A DNA stretch of 64,000 nt. It comes from Laetmonice hystrix. Its lineage: Eukaryota. The translations under genes were made by a program, and so were the position numbers. The DNA lies in assembly GCA_965235115.1 (NCBI GenBank), contig OZ249436.1, positions 44,704,001-44,768,000 of the forward strand, written 5' to 3'. The notes beneath the pieces were generated by a model. It was given only the letters and a program-made list of their open reading frames with translations. It did no database searches and had not been told where the DNA came from. This document shows, piece by piece, positions 62,961 through 64,000 of this stretch (its first letter is position 1; each line of letters begins with the position of its first letter).

Positions 62961-64000
62961 GTGAAGATAGCATTACCTTTTCAATAAAAACATTTGTTGG
63001 GAAATGGTACCTTGTATAGAAGGAAAGTGTATGTCCATTATGATCGACCACCTAGCTCCACCTATTCACTCTTGCCGCCTGAACAATATTGTTTTTGTCT
63101 GAAGTTAGGGGCCTAGTGCCAAGTCAACAATCTGAGAGTTTTTACGCGTGTGCACAATTCGCATCGAGATCTGCATGACAGATTTCGGTATCGCAGTAAT
63201 CATTTAAGCGCATTTAGATCATCATCTTTATGTATTCACCAGGGCTAGCACTGTCCCTAATGAATACGTCCGTCATTAAATAGACCAATTTTTGGCCTAG
63301 TTTCCTTACATGAGATATAGCTGGACGTCTCCAGATGTATCTCTAGCTAGTAGTAGAAACCGGTCCTACCTGTCGCTGAGGCATGGCACATACTGTCAGA
63401 GAAAAAAAGGAGAAATTTTGCAATTAATAGTTCTGAAATTACTAATTGTCTTTATCGATTCGATACTACGCGTTGTTGGGCGAACCAGGAGCAAAAACTA
63501 TTGAAGCCAGATGAACTCATATATACTTGAATCGGTGATAACGTTATCTATATTATTAAAATCAAATTAAGTAAAAAATATCAAAATACCCCACTTACTG
63601 ATCTAGTGTCCAGGTGCCGCTTCTCGTAGCTGATGGGAACCTGGTTGATGGGAGCCTGGTAAATGCCACACGGCATATAAAGTCATGCCACACGGCATAT
63701 CAGTTCATCAGGCTTATCAGTTCATCAGGCTAAAGTCCACCAGGATGCAATACATCCTCGGCTCACAACAAAACACAAATTTCGCAGGTTCATGGGTTCG
63801 TATCCACGAGACACCTCACACACTCCAGGTAATCCGTGCGGAGAAGGGCAGGAATAACACGCACAGATGGTAGCACATGTCACGCGCCGTGTCAGGGTTA
63901 GGTCATTATACCTCAGACATGGCGTCCTCAGTGAAACGCTTGCTCGAAAACCTAAGGGTAAAAAAGGAAAAGCATATGGAAAAGTAAAGAGTCTTCCAGT

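Overview
Animal (bilaterian invertebrate-like) genomic DNA, not prokaryotic. One protein-coding gene is well supported: a minus-strand SKOR/Fussel-type Ski-family transcriptional corepressor. I assembled it by hand from six coding exons (14785-12998, 7049-6953, 5955-5884, 5711-5637, 5269-5204, 4335-4244; 2190 nt, about 729 aa). All introns are GT-AG with consistent phases, and the five small exons are missed by the ORF track. A candidate TATA/Inr promoter and non-coding first exon lie at about 24.4-23.7 kb. The rest is a gene-poor regulatory landscape with over 20 unrelated minisatellites (16-95 bp units), several small non-autonomous DNA-transposon-like elements (TA, TTAA and 5-bp TSD types, plus a foldback element), and a ~9.5-kb three-level higher-order satellite at 53.4-63 kb. 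Tandem repeats cover roughly a third or more of the window and explain most of the other long ORFs. I see no clear novel enzymatic system. The most interesting signals are a 3'UTR minisatellite apparently born from the gene's own stop-codon region, the diverged coiled-coil exons, the repeat-containing candidate 5' exon and the hierarchical satellite.
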